Shown one piece after another: positions 12,519 to 24,730 of a DNA stretch of 64,000 nucleotides (its first letter is position 1; every line of letters begins with the position of its first letter). The DNA is taken from contig CM007991.1 of NCBI GenBank assembly GCA_002189035.1, positions 3,844,001 through 3,908,000 on the forward strand, read 5' to 3'. The translations under genes were made by a program, and so were the position numbers. The DNA is from Utricularia gibba (taxonomy: Eukaryota > Plantae > Magnoliophyta). The notes below the pieces were generated by a model. The model saw only the letters and a list, made by a program, of their open reading frames with translations. It was not told the origin of the DNA and searched no databases.

Positions 12519-15494
12519 ATGGCGGCGCAGATCCAGATGCAGCCTCAGTTGCAGGTTCCGAGCACTGCGCTCCCCGGCGGAGTGCCGGTGGGGATCTCGT
12601 TGTACGTTGGCGATCTCGAGCCCAATGTCACCGATAACCAACTCCTCGATCTTTTCAGTCAGATGGGTGAGGTGGTTTCCGTTCGGGTTTGTAGAGATAC
12701 GAACAGCCAGCGCTCGCTTGGGTATGGCTACGTCAACTTCAAGAACCATCAGGATGGTCAGCAATCTTGTTTCATTCATTAAGATTTCATGTTTTTTCTC
12801 TTGCAGTGCCATCATTCGTTGAGTGCTTAATTTTGATTCTAATCGAGTGTTTGCCTGATAAGCTTCTACGTTATTGATGTAGCTGAGAGATCTCTGGTGG
12901 AGCTGAACTTCACTCCGCTCAATGGAAAACCAATTAGGATAATGTACTCTCACCGCGACCCTAGTGGTCGCAGAAGTGGTGCTGGAAACATTTTTATCAA
13001 GGTAAGCATTTCGTGATTAGTTATTATTGAATTCAGTTTACGTCTGGCTGTACATTTTTTTGTGATCTACGTTTCAAAAAAAAAATATATATATATCTGC
13101 CCTTGACCTTATGAGATGGAATTGTTTGTTTTCTTGGAAGAATTTGGACAAGGAAATCGACCACAAAGCTCTGCAAGATACCTTTTCCTCCTTCGGCCCC
13201 ATACTTTCATGCAAAGTCGCCACAGATTCTTCTGGTCAGTCCCTGGGTTATGGATTTGTCCAGTACACAGATGAGGAGAGTGCACAGAAAGCTATTGAGA
13301 AGCTTAACGGAATGCTGCTGAATGGGAAGCCAGTTTTCGTGGGTCCTTTCGTTCGTAAACATGAAAGGGAAATGTCAGCTAACAAGTCTAAGTTCACTAA
13401 TGTGTTTGTAAAAAATTTGTCTGAATCAACTACTGAAGAGGAAATTCAGAATATATTTGGGGAATTTGGTCCAATCACCAGTGCAGCTGTGATGAAGAAT
13501 GACAATGGAACTTCAAGATGTTTTGGATTTGTTAACTTTGAGGATCCAGATGATGCTGCAAGAGCTGTTGAATATCTCAACGGGAAAGTTTTGGATAACA
13601 AGGAATGGTATGTAGGGAGAGCGCAAAAGAAATCTGAGAGAGAGCAAGAATTGAAAAACCGCTTTGACCAGAGTGTGAAGGAAGCTGAAGAGAAGTCACA
13701 AGGTTCAAACCTTTATGTCAAAAATCTGGACGACAGCATTGATGATGAAAAACTTAAGGAAATGTTCTCTTCATTCGGTTCTATAACATCATGCAAGGTT
13801 TGTGTTTTGTTTACCCAATTCATACTTAGTTTCCTATGTAAAGTATATGAGTTGAACAGATGCCCTCCTATGTAAAGTATATGAGTTGGATGCTCATCTT
13901 GAGCCTGGATCCTAATTATATTCGATCTTAAAAGGTCATGCGTGATCCAAAAGGAATCAGCAGGGGATCAGGTTTTGTTTCCTTTTCATCGCCTGAAGAG
14001 GCCTCTAGAGCAGTAAGTTGCTTCATATTATTTTCACGATATGTACTTCAAGGTTAAATATGGTATTTCTCACTTTAAATAATTGTATTTGTAGCTTTTT
14101 GAAATGCATGGGAAGATGGTCGTCAGCAAACCTCTTTATGTTGCACTTGCTCAGAGAAAGGAAGACAGAAAAGCTATACTGCAGGTACTTTAATCCATAA
14201 GTGCCTTTTAAATTGTTGCGATTTTTCATGTGTCCTTACCTGAAGTTTATTTTTTGTCTGGTTCAATTTGAATTTTCCCATAAATGTTAACAATCCTTTT
14301 CCATTCTTATTCAGGCTCAGTTTTCCCAACTGAGGCCGATTTCAATGGTGCCTAATGTGGCTTCTCGAGTTCCGGTGTATCCTGGTGCACCCGGTATAGG
14401 ACAACAATTTTTCTATGGACAGGCACCACCAACCATTCTCCCTCCTCAGGTATGTTTTTTTTTTCATACTTTCTCAAGCAACTTTCTGAATTTGCTGAGC
14501 GATAGTTCATTAAGCTGAATATGTGGGAAAAAAAAAGGCAAGTGGATGAACTTAGGATGTGTAGTTTTCCTGAGAACGGCATAGGTGATCATTTTTCACA
14601 CAATGAAATCCTGGATAATCAATTGGAAATGGTCTTGATGGACTTTTATCACAGAAATTTTTTTAAACAGATTGTCCTTTTTTTCAGCCGGGGTTTGGCT
14701 ATCAACAGCATCTTCTTCCTGGTCTGAGGCCTTCTGGACCACTCATACCAAACATGTTCGTTCCTATGGTCCAACAAGGGCAACAAGGTCCACGGGGTGG
14801 AAGGAGGAATAATGCTCCTCCAATGCAACCAGGCCATCAGCCTCTGCCTATGATGCAACAGCAGGTTGATAGAGATTCTGTTCCGTGGACTTTCTTGTTG
14901 GTGTTTGTTTGAAGTTTCTTTTATAATTGTTTTATTTATGCAGATGCTTCCAAGGGGAAGAGGTTTTCGTTACCCGTCTGGTCGTGGGATGTCTGATATT
15001 CCCATGCAAGGCAATATGGCCCGACCAATGATCTCTCTTCCATACGAAATGGGTGGCTTGCCGTTGCGTGAAATGGGACATGGTCAGCCAATCCCCATCA
15101 GTGCACTGGCATCAGCTCTAGCAAATGCGTCTCCTATTGAACAGAGGACGGTGAGCTCCATTAAATCCATGAATTTCCTTTGTTTCTCTTCCTTTCCACC
15201 TCTCCTTTCGTTTTTTTGGGTGTGAGGCCCTCCAGCGAGAAACTCACCACCCATCCGTGCCTGCAGATGTTGGGTGAAAATTTATACCCACTGGTGGAGC
15301 AGTTGGAGCCTGAGATGGCAGCCAAAGTTACTGGCATGCTTCTGGAAATGGACCAAACTGAGGTTCTGCACCTGCTGGAGTCACCAGAAGCTCTCAAGTC
15401 CAAAGTGGCTGAGGCCATGGATGTCCTCAGAAACGTGTCGCCGCACCAAAGTATCCCCGCCGATCAATTCGCTTCCTTGTCCTTGAACCAGTGA
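12519..15494 (+). CDS. Polyadenylate-binding protein, class II (PAB2/4/8-like; 4 RRMs plus MLLE)
   Basis: [23 protein letters not shown]; [15 protein letters not shown]; [10 protein letters not shown]; [18 protein letters not shown]; MLLE domain [43 protein letters not shown]. Confidence 0.96.
13832..13888. repeat. 23-bp direct repeat in a PABP intron
   Basis: TCCTATGTAAAGTATATGAGTTG at 13832-13854 and 13866-13888, 11-bp spacer. Confidence 0.9.
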
Positions 15495-15887
15495 ACGGAG
15501 ACACCTCGCTTCTTCTCCAGCAACAAAAAAAAACTCTCTTTCTTGGGTGGTGCCATCTCATCTGTTGACACTTCATCTCCTGTTTCGTGTGTTGACATTT
15601 GGAACCGTTTGTAGACCATGTTGTTTGTCACATGGGGTTTCTTAGCCTCTTTGGATTCCTCTGTTCAGTTTCCCATTGCAGCAAGACTTGGATTATTTGG
15701 CTGGTGCTGAAAATGATTTCATTTCAAGTTTCTAGATGCCTACATGCGGCAGGTATTTATTCTGTACAATGTGAACCGGAGATCGATAGTGGATGGGAGC
15801 CGCCCAGGTTTTGGAAAACCGGAGTCTCCAAACAACGGCTACTACTGGTGGATCACTCACCCCACTCGCGTTAGCAGAGATTGGGTT

Positions 15888-15957
15888 CACGTGCGTGCTG
15901 CCCCTATGCGCGTCCCTTTGTACTACAGGCCCAGGATCTTCAGCCCAATCCGACGTG
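15888..15957. promoter_or_regulatory. G-box, DRE core and ABRE upstream of the COR27/28-like gene
   Basis: CACGTG 15888-15893, CCGAC 15950-15954 overlapping ACGTG 15953-15957. Confidence 0.45.
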
Positions 15958-16120
15958 TAAAAGCGTCGCACCGTGGAGCCCCTTTCCTGCACTTTTCGCA
16001 TTCTCTCTCTCATCGGCTTTGCTCCTCCGTCTCCACAATTTCATTCCCTGGTTTTTTTTTTTTTTTTTTTTTTTTTGTTTCGGTCTTTTATTTCTTTTGC
16101 AGGTTGGATTCTGGATTTTG

Positions 16121-17165
16121 ATGGAGCGAGATTTCCGGAAGGGAGCAACGCCGCGGTCTAGGGATGACGGTTTTGTCGACCGTTGGAAAACGTCGAGCTC
16201 GGATGCCTCGAGTTTGACTGCTCAGAATTGGAATTATCACCGCTCCGCGAATGTACGATAATCGAGTTTCTTTCTAAGATCTTGTTTATGTTTTGGTTCT
16301 GTTCCTTGGCTTTTGTATTTGTGTTGAGAGAGATCTTATGTTGTACGTCTACGCTAGAGTTCTGAAAATAACAGTGTGAATGCATTAAGTTATTTGAGAA
16401 ATTCGCTGTGATTCCTGAGAGCTTTGAGATGATTGAAGGTTTTATTTAATTTACTATGAGTACTGAAGGAGATGGTTTGGACTGGAGAGGTGTTACTTAG
16501 GATTCTAGAGAACATTTTTTAATTTCTTTTTTTCAGGATGAGAGCGCGGTTTGGACAGACGAGAAGCATAGCTTGTACATAGAACACTTGGAGGCTTCGT
16601 TTGTGAAGCAGTTACACAAGTCAATGGGCACTTTTGGACTCAGGGGCAATTATCATAATGCTGTGGAGCAGGTTGTTGGTGTTTCTGGATTTTTCAATCT
16701 ATTCTGTTTGTTTGGTTCCGTTTTGGTTTTAAGACTTCACTTAGGTGATTCTCCTGTCTCCACGGACGTCTCTGTGACAGAAGCATAAAGCATTGGCTGA
16801 GAATTCAGAGGCCTTCTATGGCGACGGAAAAGGTACCCTCCTCAAACTAGAAACATACACATGGCCTACTTTATTGGACTTGACTCATCAAAGCAAGTAA
16901 ACGATTGTTTAGAGTCACCCCAAATAGCTTTATGAAGATACAATTCCATTTCCCTTATGCAGAAGGAACAGGCCAGAACTTTGGGGATGAAGACAAGGGA
17001 AAATCCCACGCTAAAAGATTCAAAAACAAGTCTTCATCAGCTTGCTCTAGCGTAGGGTTCATCCACCGTGATCCCTTTGATTTCAAACCACTTCATGCTA
17101 ATTCTGAGCTATGTTTTCATACAGAGACGATGACACAGGGAAGCTCAGTTCCCCGCCCTGTGTAG
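16121..17165 (+). CDS. COR27/COR28-like (cold-regulated, clock/light regulator), 4 exons; exon 3 acceptor ambiguous
   Basis: Exon 1 16121-16252. Exon 2 16537-16671 has the hallmark WTDEKHSLYIEHLEASFVKQL. The last exon has EGTGQNFGDED, matching the recalled EVSDQNFVDE motif. Exon 3 is open only from the CAG at 16778-16780. Confidence 0.8.
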
Positions 17166-17721
17166 ACTTCCAACCACCATCTTCGTTGCCTTGCTTGTAG
17201 TCGGGGATCTAATAACTAGCTAGCAACCTAGCTACTCAGTTCTAGTTAACGTGATGTGGAAAAGGTACGCGCATCATCTTCACCTTGTTCTTCGCCTTCA
17301 TTTATCGTGAAATCCCCAATTCATAACTGGATTCAATCGAAATCTCTGCGTGTCAAACATGTGGTATCATGTACTGTAAGAATGCTGTGTAATTGTAGTG
17401 CTTGTTCTATGTGTCCTTTTGTAGCCCGCGCCATCGCCATCCATCTTTCAGGTATGGTTCTTCTTACCATGGATCATGATAACCAGAACATGAACTAGGG
17501 TTTTCAAGAAGAGGGACACTGTAGACACTGAATTTTTATAAATAGATTGTTAGATTTATTTATTCCTCAAAAATCCGAAAATATGGATTTAATTAATTAA
17601 TTAATTAATTAGGGAGTGTAATAATAATTCGTCTAGTTCGCTCTGGTCGACCGACTTCGGGCGGGCCGTCTTTTCCTTCGTGGCTGCCGCTACAACCACA
17701 CCAAACGCCTATCTGTATTGA

Positions 17722-18679
17722 ATGTTTCCTGTAATCCCGAACTCGCTCCTCCGCCTCTCGAACCCTCCGCCGCCGCCGCAGCTCTTCTCTTCGGGATCCT
17801 CCTTTAGGTGCCATGCCGCCGCGGACAATGCTTTTCCGCGCTCGTGGTTTGGGTTTCCCACGTTTTCAGACGCCGCGGCGGGGAGAATCAGCCGCGGGGC
17901 GCCGGAGGATGATTCTGTTCCCGCTTCTTCCAATACTGGTGTTGGTGGGAAAATTAGGGCCAAGGAGAAATGGTCAAGAGACAGGGAGAGCTACCTGGCG
18001 GACGATAATGATGCGTTGCCGCTTCCGATGACGTATCCGGACTCTACTCCGGTGTCGCCGGAGGAAATTGATAAGAGGCTGAAGTGTGATCCCGAGATAA
18101 CGGTATGTTATTGCACAAAATGATGATTTTGTTGATGTTTGGTTGCAATGTGTTTTCGATTTCAAAGTTAGAATGGATGCATTTAGTTCTCGTTAGATGA
18201 CTGTGTTGGTTACCTATGCGACATTAGTCACTGCTGCTGCACTGAATCAAGGTATCTAATTGTAGGGATGCATCTTCTTTTGGCTGAAAACGAGCTTCTG
18301 CAGATTGTACATTTTTATGAACTGTATGTAGGATTCTTATGCGGTAACACTCATTACCCATCTTTTGAATGTTAGGATTGCAAGCCAATGGTGTACGAAT
18401 GGACTGGAAAATGCCGTAGCTGCCAGGGTACAGGACTAGTAAGCTATTATAACAAGAGAGGGAAAGAGACCATCTGCAAATGCATTCCTTGCATGGGAGT
18501 TGGTACGTTTCTCTTCTCCTCTAGAATTGATTCTCAAACTAAAACTTCCACTGCTAGGATGCAGTTAATCTTAAGCCGTTTCCCACTGTGCTTTTTTTTT
18601 AACAGGGTATGTGCAGAAGATAACTAGTCGAACAGATATCGATGTCATGGAAGATTTGGATAATGGAAAAGCAACATAG
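17722..18679 (+). CDS. SCO2: Chloroplast protein disulfide isomerase with DnaJ-like zinc finger, SNOWY COTYLEDON 2/CYO1
   Basis: Transit-like N-term, then [41 protein letters not shown]|[42 protein letters not shown]|[21 protein letters not shown]. Three exons in frame. Confidence 0.92.
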
Positions 18680-20314
18680 TTTTGAGAGATAACTTTTTGC
18701 CTTTGACTCTGGGAATTGCTATAGAAATGTAGGTCTATGCTACTGCTGCCCATTCTTTTCGTTGTAAGGATTTTCTTTCTTGACTAATGAGGCATGGGAA
18801 ATCCGAGACGAATGTCCAGGGGATCAAGTAGTGCGTACTTTCAAGTTGAGTATTAAGACATATGAAATCCCCTGTTTTCTGCACTGAATCACTTTCAAAG
18901 AATGTAAAGTTATTCTAGGAGCTGTCATTTACTGAGCATCAAAGCAGGTTGTTTTTTGTTTACATCAAGATGAAGAATAAACACCAGCCAGCATAGAATT
19001 TACATGAAACTTGGTTCCCATGTTCTCATGTTCGGTCACCAAAACCAGGTGAGCATCATGCTTTGGCAGGTCGGCAACGCAAGACTTCACTGGAGCATGC
19101 TGCAACTGCTAGCTACGCTGTTGTACTCCTATAACATCTAGCGCCAGTTCATGTTAGACTTACCATTTTGAATTTTATCCACTCAGATGCGCTGGAGTCA
19201 GCATCTTCATGAAACCAGGGAACTCTGCTCTCTCCATTATAGAGAATTTTGCTTTTTAAGTGTTCACTTTTTTCCTTGAACAGCCCTCAGCGCCAAACGG
19301 CCGGTATATCATCCTCCTCATCTGAAGAGTCCTGCAGAGAAAGTTCATGCCTCTGGCTCGGCATACAGAGGTGAAACCAAACAGGAGGGGAAGGCTGAAA
19401 CAAGAATCCCCCATTCTCACATTCTCCGGCACCATAAACTGCCCCTTTTCACCCAGCAGTCCTCCGCCTCTTGGGTACAGATGAGATGGTTACGAGGATG
19501 CTCAAACCCCATCGGGAAACGCCAGCGAGTGCAAGCCGGGTGCCTCGAAAGAAGGTGCAGGTAGTTTTTTCTTCACTGCTTTAGGCTCTTCAGTAGCCAA
19601 CTCCGACGGCGTGAGCTGCAGAATTCTCCGGCGAGTGCGGTTCTCAAAACCCGCCGGACTCTAACCAGTCAAAATAAAAAGAGACTCCGAGTTTCAGGTT
19701 TTAATAGAATATTAAAAATTCTATGTTTTAATAGTGGTCTTTTCTTATTGACCGTCTTCCACTCAAATTGAAATATTTTAATATTTTCTTTGGGAAAAAA
19801 AAACATTTCGAAACGTCGTCGTTTCGAGATTTGAATATGCTTTTATTATTGATCAGTTTTTTTAATCAATAAATATGCTTTTGCTATTATTATTATCATT
19901 ATTATTGCTGCTCTATGTGCTTGCAAATTTGAGTCTTGGCTTTTGGGAGGGAGGGGGAAAGGTGCGGAGCACACAAAAAGGGGAGATTGAACTTCAAGAA
20001 CAAGAAGAAGATGAAGAAGAGGAGCTGATGTTTTTTCATGTCTGTGGCGTCGATTGAGGAAGTAATTGAAGCAGATGCGTTGCAAGCGCGTGGCGAGCGT
20101 CGCTCTCATTTGAAAGCGTTATCGGGCTTTTGGCGTTTACATTTCAAGTCAAGAGACCGGTATAATGTTAGTTAGATTCTCTCGTCTCAGAAGATACATA
20201 TCTTCGTCGATTAGAAGATATAAGGAGCTTATTTTGTTGCGTTTTAGAGTTTTCAGGATGAAAAGGGAGAGAAAGAAGACGTTGGTTGTTCGAAAGATTT
20301 GAATATTTGAGGCG

Positions 20315-22318
20315 ATGGCGAACGGCATCGGCTCCTTCGGCAACGTGGGTTCCCTTTTCTTCAAATTTTATGGTGCCACTGATCATTTGAGTCCTTTCCT
20401 TCGTTTTTCAAGCATTATCGCCATTATGGCGCTTCATTGTCGATTTGGATATTTTGGTGATGAAGATGGTTTTATTATTAATTCCGGAGAGTTTCCGTGA
20501 TTGTCTTGGTTTTGATTGAATACCGGATTTTTCTTAATTTGGATTTTCTTGTTATGGCATTTTCGTTGACATTCTTCTTTATCTTGCTCTTGAATTTCAG
20601 GAGGGTTCCACTGGTAGAGCCACGAAGACGGCTCCAATGTTGTTGAGGATGATGGTTTTGATTTTTGTGGGGTTATGCGGGATTTATACATTTTTAGTCT
20701 GTATAAGGCAATTTGCTGGACAGCTGATTGAGGTTTCACCACTCAATGTTCAAGTGGTGGAGAGACCTTGTGAATCCGTCCACATGGACCCTTCAGAAAA
20801 AATATACTTGCATTTTCCCAGGCCAAGGACCTTTAGCAGGTAACTCATGTTGTTGGGAGTGTGAGAAAGGTTTCTATTTGTTCAGTACTGGATGTTCTGT
20901 ACGCTGATGCCACTTTACTGATCATTCAGGGCCGAATGTGCTTGCAATCCTGTCCGGTATTTTGCAATTTTGTCAACACAGAGATCCGGTAGTGGATGGT
21001 TTGAGACATTACTGAATAGTCATATCAATATAACTTCGAACGGGGAGATATTCTCAGTTAAACCTCGAAGGAGTAACGTGTCAACGATTTTTGCAACATT
21101 GGACCAAGTATATAACTTGGATATGCTTACTAGTGCCTCAAAGAATGAGTGCACAGCTGCTGTTGGATTGAAATGGATGGTTAACCAGGTTGAGCGTCCA
21201 CGTAGAAAACCATCCTTTGGCAAGATTTTTTACTTCATGTTACTTGAGCATGATACTGCATATCTCTGCCAAAACCTGATTACTTTTTCTTTCCTTTTCC
21301 CATTATGGAGATTCATGAAACTGTGAGATTTTACATTTCTTTCTGCGTGGTCTGTTTTGTGTTCCACTTTAGATGAGTTTGGAACTTATCTGTAGAATTT
21401 GGTCCATATATCAAAAGGTTTCCAAACTAGAGCAACCCCACTCTTAATGCATTCGGGGACCAACTGACATGGGATAGCTTGGTAGTTAGACTTTGCGTGG
21501 CCTAGACTCCGAATTTACTGCAAGTAGTCATGGGTAGTTACACGAATTGTTCCTCATATTGTTTCTTATGGAAGTTTATCTTTAATTGTTTGACCACAGG
21601 GCCTAATGCAACACCATGAAGAAATTGCTGAGTACTTCAAGACAAGAGGCGTATCAGCCATTTTTCTTTTTAGAAGAAACCTTTTGCGACGAATGATCTC
21701 CATACTAGCAAATACATATGATCACGATGCCAAGCCACTGAATGGAACTCACAAGTCTCATGTTCACTCACCCCATGAGGTCCTATCTCATATCTATCTA
21801 TTTCTGGGAGAAACTAACTGTTTCTGCTTGATGCAAATTTTCTGCTTTCTTATTAAATGAATCGGGCTTGATCCAATGCCATTTAGAGTGCTCATTTTGT
21901 TTCATCTATTTCAGGCTGAGGTGCTTGCTAGATACAAACCAACCATCAATACAACAACTCTTATTCAGGATCTGAATCAAGTGGATCAGCTAGTCATGAA
22001 ATCATTGCAGTATTTCAATAGCACAAGACATATCATCCTATACTATGAGGAGATAGTGAAGAATCATACTGTAAGATCATTCCATACATGGCAAAGTAGC
22101 CGCATCTGGATTGCTTCAATGCAACTGATGCCTTCCCTTTCTGCTGACAGAAACTTGATGACATTCAAGATTTCTTGAAGGTCCCACATCAAAAACTTAC
22201 CAGTCGACAGGTGAAGATACACAAAGGAGCCTTGTCTTCCCAAATAGAGAACTGGAATGATGTCAAGAACGCACTTCAGGGAACACAATATGAAAGCTTT
22301 CTTCTCCAAGATTACTAG
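20315..22318 (+). CDS. Nodulation protein H-like type II membrane sulfotransferase (Stf0-like P-loop)
   Basis: TM segment LLRMMVLIFVGLCGIYTFLVCI; AECACNPVRYFAILSTQRSGSGWFETLLNSH; SASKNECTAAVGLKWM; VSAIFLFRRNLLRRMISILAN; SRQVKIHKG..NWNDV; stop TAG 22316-22318. Confidence 0.9.
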
Positions 22319-23180
22319 TGGGAGTGAATTGTGGCGTTTAGAGTAGCTGACCTGTTAGCCTTAGAAGATAACTCAACACCCCCATTCCTTGATTCTTTCA
22401 CCATGCTGATGTTGACAGGGCATCCTGATGCACTGTTGAAATTTTGTTGTACAGCTTAACCATTTGATTTCAGTTCACTTGATTCCAATTCTGTCACTTA
22501 ACCATTAGGTTGGAGATGAATTTGAACTCAAATAAGATTTCTGTAATCATTCTATTTACAAATCAAACTTTTTATTTATTTTTTATTAAAGAAGATATTA
22601 GTATTGTTTGATAAATTTGTTTATGTTTTTAAATACCTATGTTTAGCTATTCGATGGTTATACTTTTCAATATATTTACATGATTTGTAAAGTAACATTT
22701 GTATAATCCATCTAACAATATTTTAAATAAGTTTGAGTTATATTTTTTTTATATCTATCATAGATATACTTGAAAAATATAGTATTATTTTAAATTCATA
22801 TTTGTAAAAATCACGTATTAAAATATTATCAATATTGTTTATATGAATACAAATAATTCGAATTAATTAATAAATTTCTCATTAAGTTACGCTTAATGTA
22901 TTTACATGCGCAATTATTAAAGTATAATTTTTAATCTTTTAAAATAATATTATCTCATATATTTTAACTTTTATTCAAATAATTGGAAAAAAGTTTATTA
23001 AAATCAAAATATTATAAAACTACTTAAAAAAGAATTATAAATACCCTAATTATCCATAAAATGGATAAATAAAAGTTAAATTGGAGGATAGGAGCAAATC
23101 CTTTCAACTAATGTTCTGATCAAACAGGTAACTTATCATGCTACTGAACTCTCTCTTCAGGGATAGCATCAAAAACGTTG

Positions 23181-24273
23181 TTAGTGGTTGTGGATCTCTG
23201 AAGTGTCATCATCATCTTCTTCTTCTTCATCTTCTTCTTGTTCTCCTGTATGGTTAGAAGGCGTTGAACAGTGGAGGAAGGAGGGGTTTACGTGTAGCGC
23301 AGAAGCTCTTCTTGTATGGAGGCGATACTTCTGCAATGGAGAATGTCACTTGGAAGCACAAAAAGGACGAGGAATGCAGAAATCCGAACCTGAAGATGGC
23401 TCTTGACTTCATCGTTGGTGAGGCCGTCTACTTGCATCAGCTCCCTTATGTGCTTGGGAGTCGCAGCTGCGGAGAAAAGAGTACATGAGCATTCGATTCT
23501 GCCCTTTTATGTCAATCAGGATGGATGAGAAAGAAAGGGTTTGCAGTTTACCATGAGCTCCTCCCAGCTGCTGCAGGGCATTGATGAAGCGGCGGTGTAA
23601 CTCTGAGGACCAGCACCTTCTCTGTTTTCTAGCAGTTTTGGAGTTCAGTTTGGAGTCAGCAGGAGGAGATGTTCCTGAGCTTGATTTTGGAGAACTGTTC
23701 TCGTTCTTAGTTTCAGAAACTGCAAGGGAAAGCAACGGCGCTTTGTCTTCACTGCGTTCGTTTGTAGAAAAGGGCAGGCGCTTTTTCCCTTGATCCTGAA
23801 ATGGTTTCCCATAAAATCACTCTTCAAAATCTGGGAACGAAGAAACGCCCAAATCATGTCAATTCATGTACCTTGGTCCCTGGATTTCCAGAGTTCCAAA
23901 GCTGAACAGAACTCATCCATTTCATCTTGTCCCAATCGCAGACGCCGTCGTCTTCACATCTCCTCAACTGTTTGCGAACCGCAGGCCGTGTCTCGTTGTT
24001 GTGCTTCCGAGGCATTTCCTTGTTCAACCTCGCGATCTCTGAGATACGACCAAAAAAGAATCAAAACCCACAAATCAGAATTACTTACCAGAAAAGCAGA
24101 CCATTTTTCACGAGGATCATGCACAGAGGAAGCTCCCTCTTGAATGCTTCGATCTTCCTCATCTCCTCGTGGAGCCCATCAACGTAGTCCTCAAGATTCG
24201 AAAACTTTTCCACCCATTCCCCCGCCGGCGAGTCCAGAGTCAGCTCCGGCGAGATCACAGATCCTCCTCCCAT
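23181..24273 (-). CDS. GARP/G2-like MYB transcription repressor, HRS1/NIGT1/HHO family (HHO5-like)
   Basis: N-terminal coiled coil [26 protein letters not shown]; WMSSVQLW; [24 protein letters not shown]; [25 protein letters not shown]|KYRLHTRR; acidic tail, TAA at 23181-23183. Confidence 0.92.
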
Positions 24274-24730
24274 GCTTCTTGGATCAACTCCGCAGCCTTA
24301 AACACATCAACAGGCCCGGAGAGAAGAGAAAGCAAGAGAGAAAGAACAAAAGCAGAAAGGTTCAAGGAAAGAGATGCACTGCACACAAAGGCCTAGAGAT
24401 TCCTCTGCTGAGCAACGCCGAATTTCCACAAAATTAAATATTTTATTTATAGAATTTTTATTCAAGGGGCCCACAGAGGAGTGGAGCAGATCCTTCTTCT
24501 AGAGGAGGAATCCGGTAGACGGTAGCCGTACCACGGTTGATGCCTGTGGTACACCCCCACGTTGCTTCTGGGAATCTGCGGGGACCACACCGAAATTAAG
24601 AAAAAGATTCTCTTTCTTTTTTATATTTATTTTAAAATTGTCTGAAAATGTTCCGTCTTGTACGGACATCCTGTAATAACACACGAGACGAGAGGAGAGA
24701 AGCTTCCTTCCTCGGCTTCATCGAAAAGTT

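Noticed and set aside
12411-12953. 180-aa minus-strand ORF, and similar antisense ORFs over NRPB3, RMA1 and the RLK
   Set aside because: They are antisense to well-supported exons and carry no motifs of their own.
16051-16076. Long poly-T runs (also near 55130) and (TAAT)n near 17590
   Set aside because: Ordinary simple repeats in introns and spacers.
24528-24552. 9-bp hairpin GTACCACGG..CTGTGGTAC as a possible Helitron 3' end
   Set aside because: No CTRR terminus at the expected distance on either strand.
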